Below, in pieces: positions 30,561 to 39,205 of a DNA stretch of 58,959 nucleotides; positions within the stretch are counted from its first letter, which is position 1, and every line of letters starts with the position of its first letter. The translations under genes were made by a program, and so were the position numbers. Under the pieces are notes generated by a model. It did not search any database. It was not told the DNA's origin and saw only the letters and a list, made by a program, of their open reading frames with translations. The DNA is from Candidatus Omnitrophota bacterium (GTDB lineage Bacteria; Omnitrophota; Gorgyraeia; B26-G9): NCBI GenBank assembly GCA_018817585.1, contig JAHITE010000094.1:1-58959 (forward strand). The letters run 5' to 3'.

Positions 30561-30920
30561 ATGGATCAAGATAGACGTAATAGCGCAAGGAAGCAAGCTA
30601 AAGATACTTCAATAAGTCTGCGCCCGCTTGACCCGCAAGTCTGGTTTAGGTTTTGGAATGGCGCGGAATGTTCAATGCGCGATATTAGTATGGTTGGAGC
30701 AGGAGTTGTCTCCAGAGAAATGATTCCGATTGGATCACCTTTGAGCATGGATCTACGTTTGAGTAAAACCAATAGTATGATCCGTATTTTTGGTAAAGTA
30801 GAATGGGTTTCTGAGCACGATGGTTTATACCGAACAGGAGTTAGTTTTTCTTGGTGGAAAGATGATCAGGATAAAAATACTGTTAGCCAATGTTTGGAAA
30901 GATTAGCGAATTTAAACTAG
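30561..30920 (+). CDS. Stand-alone PilZ-domain protein (putative c-di-GMP receptor)
   Basis: RBS AAGGAG at 30548..30553; ATG 14 nt after the giant ORF stop. RRNSAR (RxxxR) and DISMVGAG (DxSxxG). Paralog at 52772..53140. Confidence 0.8.
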   Translation: MDQDRRNSARKQAKDTSISLRPLDPQVWFRFWNGAECSMRDISMVGAGVVSREMIPIGSPLSMDLRLSKTNSMIRIFGKVEWVSEHDGLYRTGVSFSWWKDDQDKNTVSQCLERLANLN

Positions 30921-30965
30921 TCATAAGTAACTTTAAATATTAAGGTTGTGTTAAAATTTTTAAAT

Positions 30966-30994
30966 TTGCAAAATAGAATATTATATGGTACACT
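30966..30994 (+). promoter_or_regulatory. Sigma70-type promoter with extended -10
   Basis: TTGCAA (30966..30971), 17-nt spacer, TGG then TACACT (30989..30994); about 70 nt upstream of the ATG at 31066. Confidence 0.5.
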
Positions 30995-31065
30995 TTAATA
31001 CATTTTTAAAGTCTTTATCAAAAGCCAAAATTAGCAACTTTAAAATATCGTATCGAGGAGGATAA

Positions 31066-34000
31066 ATGTATAATAATAAACATAGCAAACATGTGTGGTT
31101 TAAAGCAATCTCATTGATTCTGATTCAGTCATTTTTGTTTACTAATATTGGTTTTGCCGCGGAAAATCTGATTACATCTGTGGATAATAGCTATCTTGCA
31201 CCGACTATAAATATTCAAAATGGAGCAATTTCTTCTACCTTTAATAATGTTTTAAATGATAACGATATTACTAATGCCAATAATGTAAGTCATATTGAGC
31301 CATTAAAAACCGGTTTTGAGACAAAAAACCATTATATATCCGAGCTTAATCGCTTAAAATCCAAGAAATATATTAATAAGTTTACTGATGCTGAGCGGGA
31401 AGATTTAAGAATTGAGCTTACTTCTGAGCGTAAGGCAGCTTATTTGGCCGCGATTCGGGAAGTTTTAAAAGAAAAGAATGTAAAAGTTATTACTCCGGAA
31501 ATTTTGTTTGAAGCAGCAAAAAGGGCAACTAAAAATGATCATTCTACGGTAAAAGCGCGGGTGAATTTACAGCCAGGAACAATGAATCCTTTGCATTATG
31601 GGCATTTAACCGCTTCTTCAGCCGGGATTATCGGCCGGGTTACAACTGCGGATAAAAATAAACAAGTAAAAGTTATGACTCTGCTTGCCAACGGCGGGAC
31701 TGTTCCGGACAAACCTTTTGCCGCGAAAGCTGAGACTCGTAATGAAATGGCCAGAAAAGCAATAGAAAATTCAGACATGCATGATTGGACTGAAGTTACT
31801 CCGATTCGCGGTCAGGCAGTTGACATGTTTCTATCTTCCCGGGAAAATTTAGTTTTAGCCGGAAAAAATGAAAGCAGTAGACGGTTTAATATGGATATGG
31901 CTTCATTTATCTGGTTATTTGTGGCTAATCCCAATGTTGAATGGGTATATCTTGTTGGTTCTGACAAAGTCGCCGGATACGGTAAAAAGAATGAAAAAGG
32001 TTTATTGGTTGACACTTTAAGCCGCCCGGAAGCGCATGCTAGTGTGGTTTATTTTGGCCGAAAAGGCGAAGAAATAGATTATGAAAATGATATTAAAAAA
32101 TATGATTGGCTGGATAAACTATGGAAAGCTGGATTTTTTAAGCTGTCCACTGTGTCTAGTTTTGCTGATTTATCAGCAACTAAAGTAAGAACCGCACTGG
32201 TAAACGGCGATGAGCAGATTGACGGTATCTCTTTAAGTGAAACCATGCCTACCAGTGTGTCGGAGTATATAAGAGATAATCGGGAATTAATGTATTTATA
32301 TCCCTTAGAAATGCAGGAGAAAAAAGCTAATAAGCTGGTCTCTTCTAATAAGTTAGCTGAAGGTTTAAAAGAATACGCCAAAACCTCGCAAATGGTTAAA
32401 GATGAAATTGCTAAAGATGCTATTGATCGCGCTGTAGATTTAGGAACACTTAATACTTTGTATTTAATGGTACTGGCCAATGAAATCAGAGCTTTGGCAT
32501 CTGTAGGTGCTTTGAAAGAAATTTCTCAGATATTCTTAATCTATTCCGCCGCGCCAGGTACAGGCAAAGGTGAGTTAATGGATAATACCTTTGAAAAAGG
32601 AAAAGGCAAGTTTGCTGATATTATTGGTAAGATTATTCTGTATCATACCCGTAACCCAAGAGTTAAAAAAGGTGCTTCTGAAAAAGACGGGTTAAAGTAT
32701 CACTTCCGCACTCAAGCACAGCTAAAAGACTTAGAGGCTAAAGGCAAAATTGTTACTGCTTTGGTTAATCGCCAGTTACAGGGTTTAGCAATTGAAGATT
32801 TTGTGGAAAATGGGGTTATGGTCCAAGGGGTTAATAATGCTGATCTTTTGCAAAAAGACGATATTATCAAGCAGATAAAATCAGACAATGTAGGTAATAT
32901 TCAGCAGATTATTGTTGAAAGAGCAGGTAAAACCGAAAAAATTAGCGGTGTTAGTATTGCTCTTGATTCAATGTATGGTCTGAATGAGGGAGATACGGTA
33001 ACTGATGTAAAAAATAATGCGGTTATTGTTGACCGGCAAGTAAAAGGCATGTCTTCTGTATTTGCTCAAGGCGAGCCAGTGGTTTTAGAAGGCGGATATG
33101 GCTGGTTTAATGCCTTGGTTAATCAAAATCCTGAAATAGTTAGCATGTTTATTGCTCCATTTGCGGATAAAGATATTCAACAAAGAGAAGCAAATACTGC
33201 CTGGATTAATCAGAACTTTTCTAAAACATCAGAAAGATTAATTGCTTACCAGGTAATACAGACTTTAATTGAAAAAAATTTAGGCGAGATAAGTCTTACT
33301 CTAGCTAATGATCAGTCTAAACAGTGGCAGTCTGTTATTAAAAGAGCAGTGGAAGATCAGAGAATAGCTAATTTTAATGCTGAGCTTCTTGACTCGGAAG
33401 CATTTGTTCAGGATTTAAATGATCTGCTAAAATTATTCTCTAAAGATCCGATTAATAAAGATCAGGAGAATCTAGTTCGTTCTTTAGGCTATGAAGTTAA
33501 TCGCCGTATAATATCTCGTGAAGGTCAGATTCGTTATAGTCGCGGAAAACGGCCGGCATTTGCCGAAGGTGAAACTGATCTGCAATTTGACCGCTATAAT
33601 CGGGTATTAGAAGGGGTTGTTCAAATTCTGCATCGCGATGATTATCAGAAGAATAGGCAATTTGGTAAAAAAATTATTAACCCTTGGGGCTATACAGAAG
33701 ATAGCAAAAAGCAAATTATCAGCACTCTTACCAGTGATTTTACCAGATTCTTTTTTGAAAGTATTTTAACTGGAATCAGGATTCAGCTTGCTACTAAAGG
33801 TCATCAGCTTAATGCTCCGCCTGCTGATATTGACCGGAAATCTATTGAAGCTGGAGAAGCTGAGATTGATCAGATTCTTAAATACAGCGATCAGGATATA
33901 AAGGGGCTATCAATAGAAGAGCTGGCAGCTCATGTAACTGCGCTTACTAATACAGGTACTTTGGCCAGAGTGCCGGATTTATCGCAAATATTTTTAATTT

Positions 34001-35340
34001 ATTCAGCAGCTCCTGGTACTGGCAAAGAAGAATTAATGAATGCTACGTTTGAAAAAGGCAAAGGCAAGTATGCTGATATTATTGGCAAGCTGATTCTTTA
34101 TCATACCCGCAATTCACGAGTTGAAAAAGGCGCTGCTGAAAAAGACGGAATTAAATATCATTTCCGCACTGAAAAACAGCTTAAAGACTTAGCTGCTCAA
34201 GGAAAGATAGTAGTTGCTTGGGTAAATCGTCAGCTACAGGGACTTGCTATTGATGATTTTGTTGAAACTGGTGTAGTAATTGATAATGTTGAGGGAACCG
34301 ACATGTTTAGAGTCGGTGATAAAATTACTGAAATTGGAACAGTGAACAATGCAGGTAATACAGGTCTTCTCCGTATTAATGTGCGCAGAGATTGGCAAAT
34401 AATTGATGTAAGGGGTGTAAAGATTCCCACGGATGTAATGAGTGAGCTTATTGAAGGTGATCTTATTACGGCGATTAATCCTAATTCATTAGTGGTCAGT
34501 CGTCAAGTTAAGGGTCTGAATTCTGTTTTTACCGAAGGGAAGCCTGTTGTTTTAGAAGGCGTTTATAGCTTGTTTAATCAGCTTTTCAATCAGAACCCCA
34601 ATATTGTTACAATATTTTTAGCTCCTTTTTCTGATAATGATATTGATGTAAGAGAACGCAATACTGTATGGATCAATGCTAATTTTAATACTTCGGCAGA
34701 ACGTTTAAAAGCTTATGAAACAGTTCAGGTATTGATTGAAAAAAATAAGGGAGAAATAAATCTTAATCAAAAAGGTGCTCAAGGTCAGTTATGGCGGGAC
34801 GCGATCAGAAAAGCAGTAGCTGATGAGAAAATCAGTTTGGCTAATGCTGAGCTTATTGAATCAGATTCCTTTATAAACAGCTTAAATGAATTGCTGGAAA
34901 TTTTCGGGACTTCTCAGGTAACAGAAGATCAATATGATTTAATCAGAGCTTTGGCGTATGAAGTTACTCGCAGACTGGTTTTTAGGGAAGGAGAACTACT
35001 TTTTGAAAAGGGACAACGTCCAATATATCCTGTGGGAGAAACAGATCCTAATCATGATCGCTATAACCGGGTATTAGAAGGAGTGGTTCAGATTCTTAAG
35101 CGTGATGATTATGATACTAATAGACAAAACAATCAGTTCGGTAAAATCATTGACAATCCTTGGGGATATACAGAAGAAAGCAAAAAACAAATCATCAGTG
35201 ATCTTACTAATGGATTTACCAGATTCTTTTTTGAAACAATTATCGCTCAGGTAACTGAGAAATTAACTTCCGGTCCGATTAATAGATGGGTAACACAGCA
35301 ATTGCAGACACAAGTTCAGGCTGTTGGTTCTGCGATATAA
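31066..35340 (+). CDS. Leader-bearing NadD-like nucleotidyltransferase fused to two tandem guanylate-kinase-like units
   Basis: RBS GAGGAGGA just upstream. Leader FKAISLILIQSFLFTNIGFAA. NadD-like LQPGTMNPLHYGHL ... SSFADLSATKVRTAL. P-loops IYSAAPGTGKGELM (about 32530) and IYSAAPGTGKEELM (about 33990), each followed by LYHTRN.R...EKDG.KYHFRT, VVLEG.Y and a DRYNRVLEGVVQIL tail. Confidence 0.85.
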   Translation: MYNNKHSKHVWFKAISLILIQSFLFTNIGFAAENLITSVDNSYLAPTINIQNGAISSTFNNVLNDNDITNANNVSHIEPLKTGFETKNHYISELNRLKSKKYINKFTDAEREDLRIELTSERKAAYLAAIREVLKEKNVKVITPEILFEAAKRATKNDHSTVKARVNLQPGTMNPLHYGHLTASSAGIIGRVTTADKNKQVKVMTLLANGGTVPDKPFAAKAETRNEMARKAIENSDMHDWTEVTPIRGQAVDMFLSSRENLVLAGKNESSRRFNMDMASFIWLFVANPNVEWVYLVGSDKVAGYGKKNEKGLLVDTLSRPEAHASVVYFGRKGEEIDYENDIKKYDWLDKLWKAGFFKLSTVSSFADLSATKVRTALVNGDEQIDGISLSETMPTSVSEYIRDNRELMYLYPLEMQEKKANKLVSSNKLAEGLKEYAKTSQMVKDEIAKDAIDRAVDLGTLNTLYLMVLANEIRALASVGALKEISQIFLIYSAAPGTGKGELMDNTFEKGKGKFADIIGKIILYHTRNPRVKKGASEKDGLKYHFRTQAQLKDLEAKGKIVTALVNRQLQGLAIEDFVENGVMVQGVNNADLLQKDDIIKQIKSDNVGNIQQIIVERAGKTEKISGVSIALDSMYGLNEGDTVTDVKNNAVIVDRQVKGMSSVFAQGEPVVLEGGYGWFNALVNQNPEIVSMFIAPFADKDIQQREANTAWINQNFSKTSERLIAYQVIQTLIEKNLGEISLTLANDQSKQWQSVIKRAVEDQRIANFNAELLDSEAFVQDLNDLLKLFSKDPINKDQENLVRSLGYEVNRRIISREGQIRYSRGKRPAFAEGETDLQFDRYNRVLEGVVQILHRDDYQKNRQFGKKIINPWGYTEDSKKQIISTLTSDFTRFFFESILTGIRIQLATKGHQLNAPPADIDRKSIEAGEAEIDQILKYSDQDIKGLSIEELAAHVTALTNTGTLARVPDLSQIFLIYSAAPGTGKEELMNATFEKGKGKYADIIGKLILYHTRNSRVEKGAAEKDGIKYHFRTEKQLKDLAAQGKIVVAWVNRQLQGLAIDDFVETGVVIDNVEGTDMFRVGDKITEIGTVNNAGNTGLLRINVRRDWQIIDVRGVKIPTDVMSELIEGDLITAINPNSLVVSRQVKGLNSVFTEGKPVVLEGVYSLFNQLFNQNPNIVTIFLAPFSDNDIDVRERNTVWINANFNTSAERLKAYETVQVLIEKNKGEINLNQKGAQGQLWRDAIRKAVADEKISLANAELIESDSFINSLNELLEIFGTSQVTEDQYDLIRALAYEVTRRLVFREGELLFEKGQRPIYPVGETDPNHDRYNRVLEGVVQILKRDDYDTNRQNNQFGKIIDNPWGYTEESKKQIISDLTNGFTRFFFETIIAQVTEKLTSGPINRWVTQQLQTQVQAVGSAI

Positions 35341-35390
35341 AAGCAGCGATTAGCGAATAGTTTAAATTTACAAAGTCACCAATATTATCA

Positions 35391-35425
35391 GCCGCGAGAG
35401 ATAGCTTCTTGCGGCTTTTGTTTTA
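35391..35425 (+). terminator. Rho-independent terminator
   Basis: Stem GCCGCGAGA (35391..35399) / TCTTGCGGC (35407..35415) with one G-U pair, 7-nt loop, then TTTTGTTTT. Confidence 0.65.
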
Positions 35426-35539
35426 TAAAAGCTTGCCACTCATAACTATCAGCCAAGCGCAAAGTGTTTCCTGCTTTTAATATGCGCTACTTTTCTGTCC
35501 GCCATCCCCTAACTGCTTTATTTTTAGCATGTTATGAAT

Positions 35540-35568
35540 TTGCAATATATATAATCCTGTGGTATACT
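35540..35568 (+). promoter_or_regulatory. Sigma70-type promoter with extended -10
   Basis: TTGCAA (35540..35545), 17-nt spacer, TGG then TATACT (35563..35568). Confidence 0.55.
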
Positions 35569-35671
35569 TTTATGTATTTTTTATAAAGGACTTTATGAAA
35601 AGATTACACGGATTAATTTTAACATGCAAACACGTAAACGCGCTAATGCGCTAACTTGAAGGGTGTGTATT

Positions 35672-38212
35672 ATGAATAAATTATTATCCAAATCCTGGGT
35701 TCGCATTATTTCCATAGTTCTCATCCAAGCCTTCCTGATATTAGATATTGCCTGGGCAGGAGGAACAGAGCTATCAGTTGTAACTCCTGATAAAATGCTC
35801 AGTGCTCAAGTGCAAATCAGCCAGCTGGATTTTGCGCTTGGTTTTGATAAGTTCTATAAAGTTAAAGATCAGGCATTGGCCCAGGAAGATATTCTTACGG
35901 CTAATAAAGCACAAGAGCAGAAAAGCGTAGGGCAGGGGAGATCAGTAATTAAACAAAAAGCTATTGAATACTACCAACAGCAAACAGATACTCCTGACGC
36001 ATCAGTTATCGACCAAATATCTAGTTGTGAAATCCCTGCGTATTATCTTGAAAAAGCAAGAGTATTAAATAAATTTGGTGTTTCTTTTGAAGTTGTAGCT
36101 AATGTTAAGCAAGTTAATCAGGGAGTATTTGGTACGAATTATATATCATCAGCCAATGTTAGCGAAGACGATAAAAATGTTTATGAATTTACTGGTATTG
36201 ACATAAAACCTTTGACTGCTGATAAAAATACAGAGCTAAAGGATATTATAATTGTAGCTATTCCTGAGCTTAAAGAGTTTGGTAAGAATGAAGCGGAAAT
36301 GTTTGATTATTATGTAAAAGAATTATTCTTTTATGCTGATTTTACCAATAAAGTGAAAGAAATAGTGGCAAATATAGTGGAATTAAAAAACAATAAGACA
36401 GTAGATGCTTTAATTGCCATGGATAAATATTCTGCGAGTTTTAATTTTGCCAATACTCTGACAATTATCAGAGCTTTAGGGCAGTTAAAAGATAATAAGG
36501 CAGTAGATTTTTTAATCCAGCAGTTAAAAGATAAGGGTGTTCAGGAAAGAACCTGGGCAGACACAATAATTGATGCTTTAGAGCAAGTTGGTGTAGACAG
36601 AGATAAGAGCATTGAGAGCTTGATTGATGCAGCTATTGCTAAGCTTGATAATCAATATACTAAAACAAAAGCCGCTTATGTATTACAAAGTTTTGGCGTA
36701 AAAGCAAAAAGAGCACTTCCGGCGCTTAGAGAATCACTCAAAGCTGAACCTGAAACTAAAAGCAGAATGGTTGGTCATGACGGCATATCTGATGTGCCGG
36801 CTATTGGTCAAGTTGAAGAAGAAAATATTACTTGCTTAATATTGAAAAATATTATTGAGAACATTGAAGCTTTAGATCCATCAATTCCTAAGATGCAAAA
36901 AACCGGCCGCAAAACAGTGGAAGTTTATTTTGATAAAGTTAAGCAGATGGAAAAAGATAAAGAAATAACAAAAATTGATCATGAGGATATTCGTTTTGCA
37001 ATGGATAAAGACCAAAAAGATTTTTATATTGCAAAGATTATAGAAGTAATGAAAACTAAAAAAGAAGAAGTTATTACTCCGGCAATTTTGTTTGAAGCAG
37101 CAGCCTTAGCAACAGAAAATGATCATTCAGATATAAGTGCCAGAATTGGTTTACAGCCTGGCACAATGAATCCATTACATTATGGCCATATTTCCGCGTC
37201 TTTGGCTGGGATCATCAGTGAAAAACTGGACATGGTATTGCTGGCAAATGGCGGCACAGTGCCGGATAAGCCATATGCGGCTTCTGCTGATATTCGCAAT
37301 GAAATGGCTCAGATTGCGGTTAATGAACAAGGTGAGGCTAATAAGCTTGGGCTCAATCAATGGCTTGAGGTAACTCCGATCAGAAAAGAAACAGTGGAAA
37401 TGTTTAGCGGCAATGAGGAGCTTCTAAGTATGGCAGGAAAAGATGAGTCAGCTCGCCGTTTTAATATGGATATGGCTGGGTTTATTTGGATGTTTGTTGC
37501 TAATCCTAATGTTGAATGGGTTTATCTTGTTGGCTCTGATAAAGTAGGAGCAAAGGGTGAAAAAGGATACGGGGAAAAAGATGAAGTAGGCCTTATCAAA
37601 GACACTTTAGCTAAAGCTAAGGTTAAGATTGTATATTTTGAAAGAACAGGTAAAGAAGTTGATGTTAAAAATCAAATTGAAAAATATCCGTGGTTGCATG
37701 AACTGTGGAAATCAAATTTTAAAAGATCAGATGTGGGGTCTTTTGCTGATCTTGCTGCTGTAAAAATAAGAAAAGCCTTAAGTGATAAAAATGATATACC
37801 AACCAAGGATCGGATTGTGGGCAATCATCCGCTAGACCAATCAATTCCTCAGGGAGTGATTGACTATATTACCGCGGATACTGCTCAAGGAAGACAGCTT
37901 AGGTTTTTATATCCTTTGGAAAATGAAGAAAAAGCAGCTGATAAGCTTGTAAAACAGAAAAAATTGGAAGAAGGTTTGCAAGCATATCAAACTATTTTAA
38001 ATAAGATTGATCTTGAAAAAGAAAAATCTGACGATCAAAGACAGGCAAGCATGCAGGTGCTTGAATCCGCGGCTAAGAGCTTGAATAAAAAAATCGCGAA
38101 AATGGATCTGCAGAATAAAGCTATTGAACAAATCAAAGACACTGGTTTGAGTATGGATAAATTAAATATTTTAAATACAACCTCATCAGGGTTTATAATG
38201 CAGGCAATATAA
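35672..38212 (+). CDS. Leader-bearing HEAT-repeat / NadD-like nucleotidyltransferase protein
   Basis: ATG at 35672 (GAAGGG 9 nt upstream; the track start GTG 35663 is also possible). Leader VRIISIVLIQAFLILDIAWAGG. HEAT/PBS-lyase-like repeats about 36374..36752 (AVDFLIQQLKD...IIDALEQVG...). NadD-like LQPGTMNPLHYGHI, LLANGGTVPDKPYAAS, RRFNMDMAGFIWMF, GSFADLAAVKIRKAL. Coiled-coil tail. Confidence 0.85.
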   Translation: MNKLLSKSWVRIISIVLIQAFLILDIAWAGGTELSVVTPDKMLSAQVQISQLDFALGFDKFYKVKDQALAQEDILTANKAQEQKSVGQGRSVIKQKAIEYYQQQTDTPDASVIDQISSCEIPAYYLEKARVLNKFGVSFEVVANVKQVNQGVFGTNYISSANVSEDDKNVYEFTGIDIKPLTADKNTELKDIIIVAIPELKEFGKNEAEMFDYYVKELFFYADFTNKVKEIVANIVELKNNKTVDALIAMDKYSASFNFANTLTIIRALGQLKDNKAVDFLIQQLKDKGVQERTWADTIIDALEQVGVDRDKSIESLIDAAIAKLDNQYTKTKAAYVLQSFGVKAKRALPALRESLKAEPETKSRMVGHDGISDVPAIGQVEEENITCLILKNIIENIEALDPSIPKMQKTGRKTVEVYFDKVKQMEKDKEITKIDHEDIRFAMDKDQKDFYIAKIIEVMKTKKEEVITPAILFEAAALATENDHSDISARIGLQPGTMNPLHYGHISASLAGIISEKLDMVLLANGGTVPDKPYAASADIRNEMAQIAVNEQGEANKLGLNQWLEVTPIRKETVEMFSGNEELLSMAGKDESARRFNMDMAGFIWMFVANPNVEWVYLVGSDKVGAKGEKGYGEKDEVGLIKDTLAKAKVKIVYFERTGKEVDVKNQIEKYPWLHELWKSNFKRSDVGSFADLAAVKIRKALSDKNDIPTKDRIVGNHPLDQSIPQGVIDYITADTAQGRQLRFLYPLENEEKAADKLVKQKKLEEGLQAYQTILNKIDLEKEKSDDQRQASMQVLESAAKSLNKKIAKMDLQNKAIEQIKDTGLSMDKLNILNTTSSGFIMQAI

Positions 38213-38263
38213 ATAATAAATGTGAATTCAGGTTTTTGACAAATACTTGTTTAGGAGAATCTA

Positions 38264-38675
38264 TTGCTGAAGCACATATTTCGCGGTATCGCGGTTGTTT
38301 TAATAAATGCTTTCTTATTAATAGATATTTCCTGGGCTGGAGGTATGTCTGAAATTGATATTAGTAAGCAAAAAATGTCTTTCCCCTAAATTATATGTGC
38401 AAGATATAGCAGCTCATAATTTTTTCCAAAATCTGACTAATGATGTCATCTCAGTTTCTAATTTAAGTCCTTTGCCGCAATTAATTCAAGCAGAAATAGA
38501 TGAAGAATTAAAAGCTTTTAGAAAAGTATTAAATACCGAGATATCGAATACATTATATTATGATCTAATGGATGATGACGAGTCATTGGGGGATTCTGAA
38601 TTTAGAATGGATGTAGATAATGCTATGGGTTATCTGAAGGATACATTAATGGCTTTAGAATGGCGCGAAGTATAG
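38264..38675 (+). pseudogene. Frameshifted, truncated fourth member of the leader-bearing family
   Basis: RBS AGGAG, then TTG 38264. The frame encodes LKHIFRGIAVVLINAFLLIDISWAGGMSEIDISKQK and stops at 38387..38389. It resumes in the +1 frame after the A6 run at 38370..38375 (CLSPKLYVQDIAAHNFF, similar to KMLSAQVQISQLDFALGF of the 35672 gene). No enzyme module follows. Ends where the IS30 remnant begins. Confidence 0.6.
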
Positions 38676-38893
38676 AGGATCGAGCTGAGGAAGTGAATAA
38701 TCGAGTTGAATATGGTCACTGGGAAGGTGATTGCGTAAAGGGTCCGTTGGGAACAAGAACAAGTTTATTTACATTAACGGAAAGAAAGAGTTTAGAAGAA
38801 ATAATAATTAAGCTTGAACAGACGACACAAGAAGAAGTGCAAAAAGCATTAGATGGTCTGGAAAAGAAGTATAGAGCTGAATTCGAATTGTAA
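38660..38893 (+). mobile_element. IS30-family transposase remnant (77 codons)
   Basis: RVEYGHWEGDCVKGPLGTRTSLFTLTERKS matches the IS30 GHWExD ... TLVER.SR region. The N-terminal HTH and most of the DDE domain are absent. No terminal inverted repeats recognised. Confidence 0.6.
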
Positions 38894-38907
38894 TCCTCTT
38901 TATATTC

Positions 38908-38936
38908 TTGACAGAAACTTTAATTTATGTTATAAA
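38908..38936 (+). promoter_or_regulatory. Near-consensus sigma70-type promoter with extended -10, no obvious gene
   Basis: TTGACA (38908..38913), 17-nt spacer, TGT then TATAAA (38931..38936). Confidence 0.5.
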
Positions 38937-39073
38937 AAGAGTTCTATTAATGCCTATTTATAAAGGAAAGAACTTCCCTGGAATTTAATAATTTAGGAAA
39001 AATATGTCTATTTTGTATTTACAAAACCAATATATATCTTTAATAGTTTGTCAATTAATCAAAGAATTGTCAT

Positions 39074-39104
39074 GCCCATATAAAATTATGTGGGCTTTTT
39101 TATT
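39074..39104 (+). terminator. Rho-independent terminator
   Basis: Stem GCCCATAT (39074..39081) / ATGTGGGC (39088..39095) with one G-U pair, loop AAAATT, then TTTTTTATTT. Confidence 0.55.
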
Positions 39105-39205
39105 TACTAATCATAGCTTGATTCAAAATAATTGCTGAAATACGTGTAACTTTTTAAGGCATGGACAAAGATCGTAGCTAAGTACAAGATAGGGAAGGAG
39201 CTCTA

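Noticed and set aside
38355-38675. 106-aa ORF treated as an independent gene.
   Set aside because: Its 5' part is the +1-frame continuation of the leader-bearing ORF starting at 38264, with similarity to the post-leader region of the 35672 gene. It is better explained as a frameshifted pseudogene.
39004-39141. 45-codon ORF (MSILYLQNQYISLIV...) between the orphan promoter and the MFS gene.
   Set aside because: It has no RBS, runs straight through the terminator hairpin, and has AT-driven composition. It is unlikely to be coding.
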